From assembly GCA_016618085.1 (NCBI GenBank), contig JABLTG010000029.1:1-64000 (forward strand): DNA of 64,000 nt. The letters run 5' to 3'. This DNA is from Neovahlkampfia damariscottae (lineage: Eukaryota). A program made the position numbers and the translations under genes. The notes under the pieces are model-generated. The model worked only from the letters and a program-made list of their open reading frames with translations. It had not been told where the DNA came from and ran no database searches. Positions 43,401 through 53,862 of this stretch are shown here, one piece after another. The stretch's first letter is position 1. The number at the start of each line of letters is the position of its first letter.

Positions 43401-45084
43401 ATTTTGGTTACCTCCTCCAGAAATACCCAATTCACCTTGACTATTAGCTCCAAAAGCATAAACAGTTGTTCCTGATGTTGTTGAATTTCCAAGTGCCATT
43501 TCACATTTCATTCCATCAAATCCTTCAAAACAAGTACATTCATCAGGTCTTGAACAACTTCCAGCCCCAGAACAAACATTTGAGTCTGTACTATTTTTTC
43601 CGTAACAATCAAAAAATTGACATTCATTTCCATAATAATTTTTAGCACAAGTACATTCATCTATTGAAGAACATAATCCATTTCCAGAACAAGCATTTTC
43701 ATTTACTTTTCCAAAACATTGATTTGTATACCTGATAATCATTGAATGTGTTCTTCCACAAGAAATTTGAAAAATTCCAGAGTTTTGAGAAACCAATGGA
43801 GTAGGATAATATATCGGATTGGTTGTACTTCCTTGACCTAATTGACCTTGTGCATTGTATCCAAAAGAATAAACTTTTCCATTATCTAAAATATGAGTAC
43901 AAAGCAAATTATTAACCTTTCAATACTAAAATATGATCATCACCAGCACAAACTTGAGTAACACCATAATTTTGAGATGATAAATAAACAGGAATTGATT
44001 GATCAAGACTATTCCCCATACCAATTTGTCGTTGATTATTTTTACCAAATAGTAATAGTTTACCATCTTTTTTGACAAGCATTGAAGTTTGGTCACCACA
44101 ATATAATTTTTGAACATCAAAATTATCTCCAAGAACTTTAGTTGGTACATCCTTGTTGTCTGTGTTCCCGATACCCAATTGAGAATTCTTCGGGGTTTTA
44201 AAAATAATAAATTTTCTACCATATTTCTACCAAATGAATATGCAACACCTTGTTCAGTTAAAATTAAACTATGATCATTTCCCATTGCAATATCAATAAT
44301 ATTTGTAAATCCTGAAATCAACGTTGGTACAGTCACATCTGGGCTACTACTTCCAGTTCCGAGTCCTAAACCTAATCTCCCATCCTTTTGTCCAAATGTT
44401 AAAAAAAAAAATAATTTTTACTTCTCCACGTCCACAAGACCAAACTGTTTTGTTTCTTAATATTAAAGTGTGTTCATATTTCACAGCTATTTTAGTTACA
44501 TTTGTGTTTGGCATTGTTGTAACAGGTAAATAAGTTGTTCTTGAATCTGTTGAACCATCACCAAGTTGACCATGCTTTAAACAGTTTAAATTTAAAAAAA
44601 ATAATTACGTTATTGAATCCAATCGAATAAGCTGACCCATCTTTTCTTAAAACGAAAGTATAATATCTTCCAGGAAATATATCAGCTATATTATTTCCAA
44701 AAAGTGTCGCTTCTACAGGTGTTTGTTGTTTCGTAGTTGTGCCATCTCCAAGTTGACCATTCTTTAAATTAAATAAAAAAAAAAAAATTACAGAATTTCT
44801 TCCAAAGCCAAAAGCTATGGAGTTGTTCTTGACCATAAATGAGACTTCTTCTCCACCTCTGATATAAAGTATATCATTTCCGTTTGTGGTCACGTGATAA
44901 GGTGTTGATTTGTCGTTTTCAGATCCATCACCCAAACAACCATTCTTCAAAATTTAAAACAAAAATAAAGTACTAAATTATTTCCAAAAGTATAAACAGC
45001 TGAGTTTATGTTTTTTCCACCAACAAAAGTGAATAGAATTAAATATAGCAGCACTACTGCCATGGCAAAATTCCTTGTCTGCAT
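28450..45084 (-). CDS. Giant multi-pass surface protein B (~5,360 aa, 18 exons): signal peptide, 4 x [7 RCC1 blades + 2-3 EGF], DUF2341-like insert, TIG/Ig-like stalk, Cys-rich repeats, ~9 TM, Ser/Lys-rich tail
   Basis: Removing 17 GT-AG introns of 27-37 nt (546 nt total) leaves 16,089 nt, i.e. 5,363 codons in one frame. Repeated GxNxxGQLG/HxxxL blades; CSGNGxC EGF repeats; IPT-like PAGGASTAGYSVSIFGRN; CPPGSYK repeats; FWEAVITLRK TM module. Confidence 0.88.
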
Positions 45085-45176
45085 GAGATATTAGCCAATT
45101 AAAAGCTTGGGATTTTGATTGGTTGTGCTTTCTTTTGGAAGACCATTTAGAAAATATTTTGACAAAAATGGTATGT

Positions 45177-46423
45177 TTACAAAATTTTTCGTTTTTTATT
45201 TAATCTTTCTTGTCTTCTCTTTTCATCTCTTTCTAATAATAATTTATCTTCTTTTTTTGCTAGTTTCAATAATCTTTCTTCTTCTCTGTCAATATCTGCT
45301 TGAGTCATAGGTCCATCAATATCATCTTCATCATCTTCTTCATCACTGTTATATTCTACTCTTTTTTTATTTCCTCTCATTATTGTTTGAATCATTTGAG
45401 ACAACAAAGCTGAGTTATTGTTAATTTCTGAATCATCAATGAAATCATCACCATCTTCTTCATCTGAATAAACTTCATTTTCATCAAAATATGGATCAAT
45501 TCTTTTTGGTTTTTCACTAATTGTTTTTTTCATTTTTTTTGGTTTTTCAATGATCATTGATTTCTTCATTTGTGTTTCATTTTTTTTTTCAGGAATTTTC
45601 TTTTCAACAATCTTTTTCTTTATTGTTTTCTTTTCTATTTCAATTTTTTTGTTTTGAGTTTTTGGTTGTTCTTTTAACTTCTTTTTTGGTTCAATTTTTT
45701 TTTCTTTTTGAATCATTGGTTTTGTCACAATTTTGACTGGAATTTCTTGTTTTACATTAGATTCAGGTGTTACTTCCTCTTCATAAGCCAAATATTTTTC
45801 AATTTTTTTTGGATCAAATTTAACATCCTTTGTTTCAAATAAATTTCTTTTTGGAATTGATTCTTGACCTGATAATCTCACAAATCGAAATTTAAAAATA
45901 ATTTTAGTTTTTGCTTTTTCTTTCCAAAAATCAGTTACCCAGTACAATCCGTCATATCTGTAATCAGATCTTGGTGAATATTCAGTGTCTAAACTTTCAT
46001 GACGAACAAGACGAATTGGTATCTTTGTATTGAATAAAAATTATTTTAGATTACCTTTTGAACTTTATTTAAACATAAAGATTTTAATATTTCTTCAGGT
46101 ACATTGTTGTCAGCTGAAAAAATAAAAATCTTTCCAAAATCTGAATGTCTTTGATTTTTAGTGACAATAACACAATTTGAAGGTAAATTCTCTTCTGATG
46201 ATATTTCATCATTTTTATTATTACATATATTTGCTGAAAATAATTCTCCTTTGTTCTTATAAATTTGAAAAATTGTTCCAATATTTCCATATAACAGTCC
46301 TTGAATTTTTGATGGTTTTTTTGAATTCCAAGCTTTTTTTTTAATTTCAAAAATCTTACTTTCTGTATCACCAAAATTTTGTTCACCAGACGATACCACT
46401 GACGAGTTTCTAGATTTTTTCAT
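45177..46423 (-). CDS. Degenerate SRA/YDG domain fused to an SPT2-like C-terminal domain
   Basis: After intron 46023-46054: IPIRLVR..YSPRSDYRYDGLYWVTDFWKE..FKFRFVRLSGQ (SRA C-terminal half). C-terminus DDFIDDSE..IQTIMRG..ADIDREEERLLKLAKKED matches the SPT2 pattern. Confidence 0.72.
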
Positions 46424-46488
46424 GATGAATAATTATTGGACAAACCAAAAAGTTACGAATAAAGTTTTATTTTTCATGTGCATAACAA

Positions 46489-46811
46489 TTAAAAATTGAA
46501 ATCATTGGTGACTTTTTTAATTGCTGTTTTCAATTCATCATAACTCACCACACCATCTTTATTTTTATCAACAAAAGAAAGTGAACCTAATTGTTGATTA
46601 AAATTGAAAATTTACCTAACTCACCAATATTCCAGTAAGTCATATCTTTTGCCATTAAATCTTCAACATCTTTGGCTACTTGATCAAACTCTCTAACTTC
46701 AATAACTCCATTACAATTAGTATCATATTTATTGAATATTTTTTGTATTTTTTTTTCTTCTTCAGGTTCATCTAAAGCCTTGGCGAGTAGTTTCAAATTA
46801 TTATTCCCCAT
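46489..46811 (-). CDS. Small two-EF-hand protein, possibly N-myristoylated
   Basis: MGNNN; loops DTNCNGVIEVRE and DKNKDGVVSYDE joined by intron 46587-46615. Confidence 0.8.
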
Positions 46812-46892
46812 TTTAAACTTTAATTGGTTGATTTTGAACTATAGGTAAAATAAAATCTTTATTTTCAACTTTTCAAAAAAAATGTTTGAATG

Positions 46893-47643
46893 TCATACTT
46901 GTTCGTTTGAGTAATAATTTTCATTTCCAATTGTCCCAGAAAATTCATTTTGAGAATTTGGAATTACATCAATTGAACCATAAGTTGATTTTGTGACATT
47001 TTGATTGTTTTTTTGATTGTCATATAAATTTCCTGTAACTTCACCAACTGAACTGTATGTTTGTGATGCTCCATATTCTTGTTGTTGATAGTTATAACCA
47101 TTATTCATTGAAGAAGCATCATATCCAATAGCAGTATAACCACCTTTTCTTTTTGACTGGATTATAATACCAACACAAACAATACCTATACAACATGTAC
47201 AACAAACTGCAGTACCAAAACCAATAAAAATTCCGGCTATTGGATTTGAATCCTCTAAAAATTCATCAAGCTCCAAAACAACATCAATTGGACTTGATCT
47301 ATCACGATTTACAACAGCTAACAAAACAGATTGACTGATCAAAGAAACTTCATCATAATAAATATCTTTTCCAGATTTTAACGTGTTAAAAGTTTCTCCT
47401 CGTTTCAGCTTTTGGTTTTTTTATTTTTTATTTTTTTTTTACCTTTTCATATTCAGTTGCTAACAATAAATATGATTCACATCTTGCTGAGCAATCAACT
47501 TTTGCCCTCAGCTGTTTGGCTGATGTTGAAAAATCTGATGGAAAATAACTGCCTGGATAAACTCTTTTTTCAATTTTTCTTGATGACCATCTTGAAAAAC
47601 AAAATCCAATTAAAAGAAAAAACAACAGAATCTGTATCTTCAT
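46893..47643 (-). CDS. Type I single-pass membrane protein with Cys-rich TM and Tyr-rich tail
   Basis: Signal MKIQILLFFLLIGFCFS; intron 47409-47442; TM IAGIFIGFGTAVCCTCCIGIVCVGIII followed by KRK; tail has YTAI, YSSV, YGSI. Exact 3' end uncertain. Confidence 0.72.
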
Positions 47644-47992
47644 CACTCGTTTCAAAATTTTCCGAAATGATTTTTATTGGATGAAAAATTGAGCCGAGGT
47701 TAAAGTTGAGGAATTCGCATCAATTTTTAGAAGTGGCAATGTTTTCTCTTAACGTTCAACTTGAACATATTTTCTTCATCATTGATGGTTGAATTTATTG
47801 TTTTGTTCAAAGGTGGTATGAATTTAGAACAGCTTTATTTTGTTTGATTCCACCAATATTTATGGTGACCACAGCATCATTTGCTTCATTTGAAATTATT
47901 ATTTTTCAGTTAAGGTACAGCTAACTAGTAGTTGAAATTTGGTTTTTAACGGAGGTCAATTTTTCATCCAATCAAAAACGTCGAAGAAAAAA

Positions 47993-50025
47993 ATGTTGAA
48001 GCCAGAGCTTAGCCGCGAAATTATATTATTAGGAGACTGTGGTGTTGGAGGAAAAACCAGTAAGAGGTACCACAAAAATTTTTTTAAATTTTAGAAAACT
48101 AAATCTGACCATTCCAATTCCAAGGCTTTTTAGCACAATATATCAGTGGAACATTCACACCAGATACTATCTCAACTGTTGGATTAGATTGTCGAATCAA
48201 AAAGTAAAAGAATTATTCAATGAACTTTTCAAAGGATTTCCACTGAAAAAAAGGATTTTCGATATAAAATTTGGGATTCTGGTAATGTGAAAATGTAAAT
48301 TGAATTTTTAATTTTTCAGCTGGACAAGAACGTTTTGAATCTATTTTGGTGCAATTTTGGCGGACTGCTATTCCTGATTGTGATTGTGCAATTATTTCTT
48401 ATGATATAACTGATATTCGTAGTTTCAAGAATGTAACCACGAGATGGGTATGATACATTATTTTTCTAAACAGAAAAGGTTCCATTATTTAATAAATTCA
48501 ACAAAACAAGTGACAGCTTCATTATTTTAGTGGGTAATAAAATTGGTAAATCTCTAATAATTTAACAATTTGTCAGATTTGTTCGAACAGAGAGTAGTGG
48601 ATCCAAAAGAAGAATTAGAAATAGCAGAAAAGATAGGAGCATTAGCTCACTTTGGAGTCTCTTCCAAAACAGGTGAAAATGTTTCCAATGTTTTTGAATT
48701 TATAACAGAAGAATTCATCAAAAGAACGTATTCAAAAGTATCAGATACTTTATTTGACTCTAATTTTAAATTTTTAAAAAAAATTGATTTTTCTTGTGAA
48801 AGATTAACTTCTTTTCCTTTAGAAATTATGGAGTGTAAATTGATTGAAGAACTGGACTTATCTGGTAATAAAATTATAAATGTTCCTTTTGAATTGAAAA
48901 AACAGCAATCATTGAAAATTATTGATTTAAGTAATAATCAAATTTCGGAATTTCCAACCTTTTTGGTAAGTTTAATCAATTTGGAAATTTTAGATTTATC
49001 TAAAAATCAATTCTCGAAAGATTTAATGAAAAAGTACAATTCATTATCAGAATTAAAAGAAAAATGTGTTTCAATTATTCAAGAATTTAACAAACATGAT
49101 TTTTGTGAAACAGTTGTTGGACAAGGAGGCGAAGGGTTTGTTACTAAAGCGATTTCTAAAAAAAATGAAAATGAAGTGTTTGCATTAAAACACTCTGAAA
49201 TGAAGCATTATCATGCTCAATTAGAATTAATAACACAGGTAATTCAAAAATTTAACTGTAAATAATTTCCAGTTTTTTGGAGATATGATTGGTTTAGATC
49301 ATCCAAACATATTGAAGCATTTATCAATTCAAAAGTATATGAAAGAGAAAGAATATTTTGGAAATGTACTACATTTTGTAATAAAAATGGAATATTGCAA
49401 TGGTGGGGATTTGGAGAATTTCATTAAAAATTGTAAACGTCCAATGAAAGATGAAACGATATTAGATTGGATGATTCAAATTACAAATGGGTTGGAATAT
49501 TTACATTCCCTCGGAATAATTCATAGAGATATAAAAACAAGGAATATTTTAATTTTCAACCAAAAAGATGAATCTTCAAAACAATTAAAACTCTGCGATT
49601 TTGGGTTTTCTGCGCAAAGTAAATTTCAGACAATAGTATCAAATAACCACAATGGAACTTTAACATATTTACCACCTGAATCATATGACAAAAAGTTATA
49701 CAAATTTGAGTCTGATATTTGGTGTCTAGGGATTGTTTTGTTTCAATTAATATTCAACTATCCAGAAATTAGTTTACAAGTAGTTTATTTGAGAAATGCA
49801 ATTGTTGAAAATAATCAAAAAGGTATAAATTATTTGAAGAATTATTTTATTGATGAAAACAAAAAGAGATCATTTGATTTGAATCCAAAATTATGTTTTA
49901 TTTGTGCTCAATGTTTAAAGTTAGATCCATATCTAAGACCAAATACAAAAAAATTAATTGAATTATTAAAAATGAATGAAAATGATAAATTGTTTCAAAA
50001 TTCGAAGTCTTGTATCATCCAATAG
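47993..50025 (+). CDS. Rab-like GTPase + LRR + Ser/Thr kinase + CAAX fusion (~600 aa, 7 exons)
   Basis: GDCGVGGKTS, STVGLD, WDSAGQERF, GNKID, SSKTG; LxxLDLSxNxI repeats; GQGGEG, ALK, HRDIKTRN, DFG, GTLTYLPPE; ends CIIQ*. Introns 48060-48124, 48204-48234, 48282-48319, 48448-48478, 48546-48576, 49239-49272. Confidence 0.85.
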
Positions 50026-50279
50026 GAATCAGTAAGAATGAGCCGATTTCTGAGGGACTCAAACCAACTTTCAATAAAATTCATCAATTTTTTGTTTTAT
50101 TTCTACATGATTTATTCTTTCTCATAAATTTGATCTTATGATTCTTTTGCACATAATATTAGTACTATTACCGTGTTTCTTCAACTTTATGTGCAGAAGT
50201 TGTGATTTTGTCATGTGCATGACCAATCAAATTAGAAGAAATAGGACAAAAAAATTGAAGTGGTAAAAAAAAAAATTTT

Positions 50280-51521
50280 TTAAAATTTTGGTTTTCTTGA
50301 TAAATCTCTTAATTTTCTTTGTAATGCCTTTTCTGATTCCGATGTTTCACCAGAACCTCTTTTGAGATCCATTTCAATTTTTGATTTTGGTTGTCTTACA
50401 AAATCAAAACCTGTTTTTTTTGGAAGTCTAGCTCTTGTTGATTTCACAGTTGAATCATCTTCTTCATTCCTAACTAATCTTTTTTTCATACTTTTTTGAG
50501 TGCCAGAAGATGATTTGTAGTCATCTGATAAATCAAATATCATTCTACTCCATTTTTCAATAATTAAACTTGCCATTTTTCTATTTTCCATTGTTTCTTT
50601 TGGGTGAATTGAATACATTTTAATTAATTTTCCAATTTCAGAACCTCTTAAATGAGAAACTTCAATTCCATCAAAATCAGTTTGACTACTTTTAACTCTC
50701 TTTGTAACTCCTTTTACTGGAATTTCTGAGAGTATTTTAAAAACAGCTGATCTAATATTCATATTTGGTAATTGTTTATCTTCTGTTGGTTTTATCCAAT
50801 CTGCTAATACATCCAATAATTTCTCTTCTAAAAGTTGTGGTTGTAAATATGATTTTGAACATGCAGCAACAACTGATGATAATATTTTTAATTTTGAAGT
50901 TGCTGGTTTTTTATTTAAAAGTGAAATATTATCCTGTTCTAATGCGTCTTTCATATTTTGAACCATATTCTTTGCCATTTTTTCAGCTTGTTCTTCAATG
51001 TTGGAAATTTCATCAGAATCTTTATATTTTTTTCCTTTTACAATTTTGAACTCTCTCATCATTCTGTCAAATTCTTCATTTTCTTCTGATTTTTCTTTTC
51101 TTCTTGTTTGTTGTTCCAAACCATCTTCTTCATCTAATTCATCTTGGTCTATTGAGTTTTTTGATTTTTTCTTTTTTTTTATTGTTTTTGGTTTTTGTGA
51201 ACGTTTTCTTTTTTTCGTTTTACTTATTTCAAAGTCCTCATCTTCATCTCCACCTTTGGTTACTTTTTCTTCTTCTTCTTCGTTATTTGGTTCTTCTTCA
51301 TTATAATCACCACCTGAATCATCATCTATATATTCTTCTTCTTCTTCTTCTTCTTCTTCGTCATCGTTTTTTGTTTCTTCTTGTGGTGGATGTTCATGAT
51401 CTGATTCTTCATCAAATTTCACTTCTTCTCCAGAGTTATTTTCTTCTGTTGTGCTATCCACTTTTTCTGTATTTTCTTCTGTTGTTACATTTACATTTTC
51501 TGTTTTCTCTCCTTCACTCAT
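50280..51521 (-). CDS. IWS1: Transcription elongation factor IWS1/Spn1
   Basis: Acidic N-terminus; KPATSKLKIL, LADWIKP..LPNMNIR, SEIGKLI..HPKET..NR..A..IIEKWSRMIF (TFIIS-N-like IWS1 domain); RARLP. Confidence 0.9.
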   Translation of the reverse strand: MSEGEKTENVNVTTEENTEKVDSTTEENNSGEEVKFDEESDHEHPPQEETKNDDEEEEEEEEEYIDDDSGGDYNEEEPNNEEEEEKVTKGGDEDEDFEISKTKKRKRSQKPKTIKKKKKSKNSIDQDELDEEDGLEQQTRRKEKSEENEEFDRMMREFKIVKGKKYKDSDEISNIEEQAEKMAKNMVQNMKDALEQDNISLLNKKPATSKLKILSSVVAACSKSYLQPQLLEEKLLDVLADWIKPTEDKQLPNMNIRSAVFKILSEIPVKGVTKRVKSSQTDFDGIEVSHLRGSEIGKLIKMYSIHPKETMENRKMASLIIEKWSRMIFDLSDDYKSSSGTQKSMKKRLVRNEEDDSTVKSTRARLPKKTGFDFVRQPKSKIEMDLKRGSGETSESEKALQRKLRDLSRKPKF

Positions 51522-51698
51522 CTTTTTTACCAACTGTTTTTTTTTTATTTGACCAATCAGAAATTATTCTGTTTCATAATTTTTGAACAACAAAAAAGAA
51601 AAGATAAGACATGACTAATGCTAAAAAAATCATTTATTTTTTATTTCAAAAAAAAAAACTTTTCTAATTTCCATTTATTGACAAGTATTGATCTCTAT

Positions 51699-52196
51699 TT
51701 ACAATTTTAATCTCTTTGAAACTCTTGAGCCTCTTGTTGGTGTTGCTTCCATTTTTTTTGGTGTAAAAAAAAAATCAGGTGAATCCAGCAAAATACTTTC
51801 TTTTGCAAAATTCGAATTTTTTGAAATTGGAGAAATCATTGAAAAGTTTCTTTTTAAACTTTTTTCACTGAGAGGAATAGGTGACATCATTGGTGACTGT
51901 ATTAATGGTGACGGTTGTTGTATTTTCATTGTAGTAAAATCTAATATTAAATCTGGTGGAAAAGACAACAAGGTCTGACAACCTATTTCTCTTGAATTTA
52001 AGTTTTTTTCAATTTGAATTTCTTCTTCTGTTATATCAACTGGATTTACAATGGCTAATGTGTCAATTGAAAAATTAGAAATGTTTTCTTCTTCTTCAAT
52101 TGTGTTGTTTAAAAAAATTTGTGAAATGTTTGGAAAATTTTCTTTATCTTCTAAAGCTTGATTCCAACCGTTTTCTATTTCTTGTTTATTTGTCAT
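51699..52196 (-). CDS. Small disordered protein with KEN box and clustered S/T-P sites
   Basis: DKENF; SPLIQSPMMSP, ISPISK, DSPD, TPKK, TPTR. Intronless 165 aa. Confidence 0.6.
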   Translation of the reverse strand: MTNKQEIENGWNQALEDKENFPNISQIFLNNTIEEEENISNFSIDTLAIVNPVDITEEEIQIEKNLNSREIGCQTLLSFPPDLILDFTTMKIQQPSPLIQSPMMSPIPLSEKSLKRNFSMISPISKNSNFAKESILLDSPDFFFTPKKMEATPTRGSRVSKRLKL

Positions 52197-52346
52197 TCAG
52201 CCAAAAAACTTTTAACCGACTTTTTTGTGGAGGGAATAATTGTCCAATGAGACTTCTCCACATCGATTTAAAGTTAATTATGATTGGACCACGTTTTTAT
52301 AACACGATTGGTTAATTTTTACACAAATTTTTTCAAACAACTAAAC
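52197..52346. promoter_or_regulatory. Bidirectional promoter with three CCAAT boxes
   Basis: CCAAT at 52244-52248; ATTGG at 52283-52287 and 52307-52311, between divergent ATGs. Confidence 0.55.
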
Positions 52347-53847
52347 ATGTCTTCCAAGGGTGGTAAGATTTCTTATTCTTTATTAAAATAAGTTCGTTTT
52401 ATTGAAATGCTTCAACCTGCTATGGTTGTATTACCAGAAGTCTCACAACCTGAAAAACCGGTAAAATTCCAAGATAAAGTTCTTTGGACAGCGGTTTCAC
52501 TTTTCATTTTTTTGGTTTGTTGTCAAATTCCAGTTTATGGAATTAGAGCTTCAGCAAATGCTGACCCTTTTTATTGGTTACGTGTAATTCTTGCTTCAAA
52601 TAAAGGTACACTTATGGAATTAGGTATTTCACCTATTGTTAACTCTGGACTTATTATGCAATTATTAAGTGGTGCTAAAATTATTGATGTTGATGAAAAT
52701 AACAAAGAAGACAGAACTTTATTCAATGGAGCTCAAAAATTATTCGCTATTGCAATTACTGTTGTTGAAGCTGTTGCTTATGTTGCTGCTGGTATGTATG
52801 GTGATGTACGTGAAATTGGTATTGTTATTTCAGTTCTTATTGTACTTCAATTATTCATTGCTGGAATTATCTGTATTCTTCTTGTAAGTCTTTTTAAAAA
52901 AAGAAACTAAAAATAAAAAATAGGATGAACTTTTACAAAAAGGATATGGTTTAGGATCTGGTATTTCACTTTTCATTGCTGTTAACATTTGTGAATCAAT
53001 TGTTTGGAAATCATTTAGTCCAACAACAGTTAATACAGGAAGAGGTACAGAATTTGAAGGTGCTTTAATTGCTTTATTCCATATGTTAATTACAAGAACT
53101 GATAAAGTTAGAGCTTTAAGAGAAGCATTTTATAGACCAAATCTTCCAAACGTTACAAATTTATTGGCTACAATTTTAATATTTTTAATTGTTGTTTACT
53201 TCCAAGGATTTAGAGTTGAACTTGCAATTGTTTCAAGAAAACAAAGAAGTCAAACAGGTACTTATCCAATCAAATTATTTTATACATCAAATATGCCAAT
53301 CATTCTTCAAACTGCTTTAGTTTCAAATTTTTATATGATTTCACAAGTATTATACCGAAGATTTGGAGGAAATGTAATTATTTCATTACTTGGTAGATGG
53401 GAAACACCTGAAGGTTCATCACAATCCATACCAGTTGGAGGTTTAGTTTATTACATTTCACCACCAAATGGTGTCAATGGATTACTTGCTGATCCTTTCC
53501 ATGGATTTTGTTATATCATTTTCGTTTTAGGAACATGTGCTGTTTTTTCAAGATTTTGGATTAATGTTTCAGGTTCATCAGCAAAAGACGTTGCAAGACA
53601 ACTTAAAGAACAAGATATGATGTTTCCAGGACAAAGAGACGATGAAAAAACAATGAGAACTGTATTGAATAGATATATTCCAACTGCTGCTGCTTTTGGT
53701 GGAATGTGTATTGGAGCATTAACTTTAGTTGCAGACTTTTTAGGAGCAATTGGTTCAGGTACTGGTATTCTTTTATCTGTTACAATTATTTATCAATACT
53801 TTGAAGTATTTGTCAAAGAAGATTATAATATTCCATTTGTTGAATAA
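52347..53847 (+). CDS. SEC61A: Protein translocon subunit Sec61 alpha
   Basis: [79 protein letters not shown]. Introns 52363-52392 and 52884-52923. Confidence 0.97.
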
Positions 53848-53862
53848 ATTGTTTTTATTTTT

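Noticed and set aside
39600..45084. UVR8 photoreceptor or RCC1 Ran-GEF orthologue
   Set aside because: A signal peptide and EGF repeats imply an extracellular location, and the repeated GWRHT motifs of UVR8 are absent (only one AGWHHS).
47690..47960. Hidden gene in the ~350-bp divergent spacer
   Set aside because: Only short stop-interrupted frames; no convincing splice model or RNA structure found by eye.
47993..50025. ROCO/LRRK protein
   Set aside because: The GTPase precedes the LRRs, is Rab-like (WDSAGQERF, NKID) and has no COR domain.
12866..51521. Functional cluster of chromatin/elongation genes (NAP, SRA-SPT2, IWS1)
   Set aside because: They are separated by unrelated genes; three in 64 kb of a dense genome is plausible by chance.
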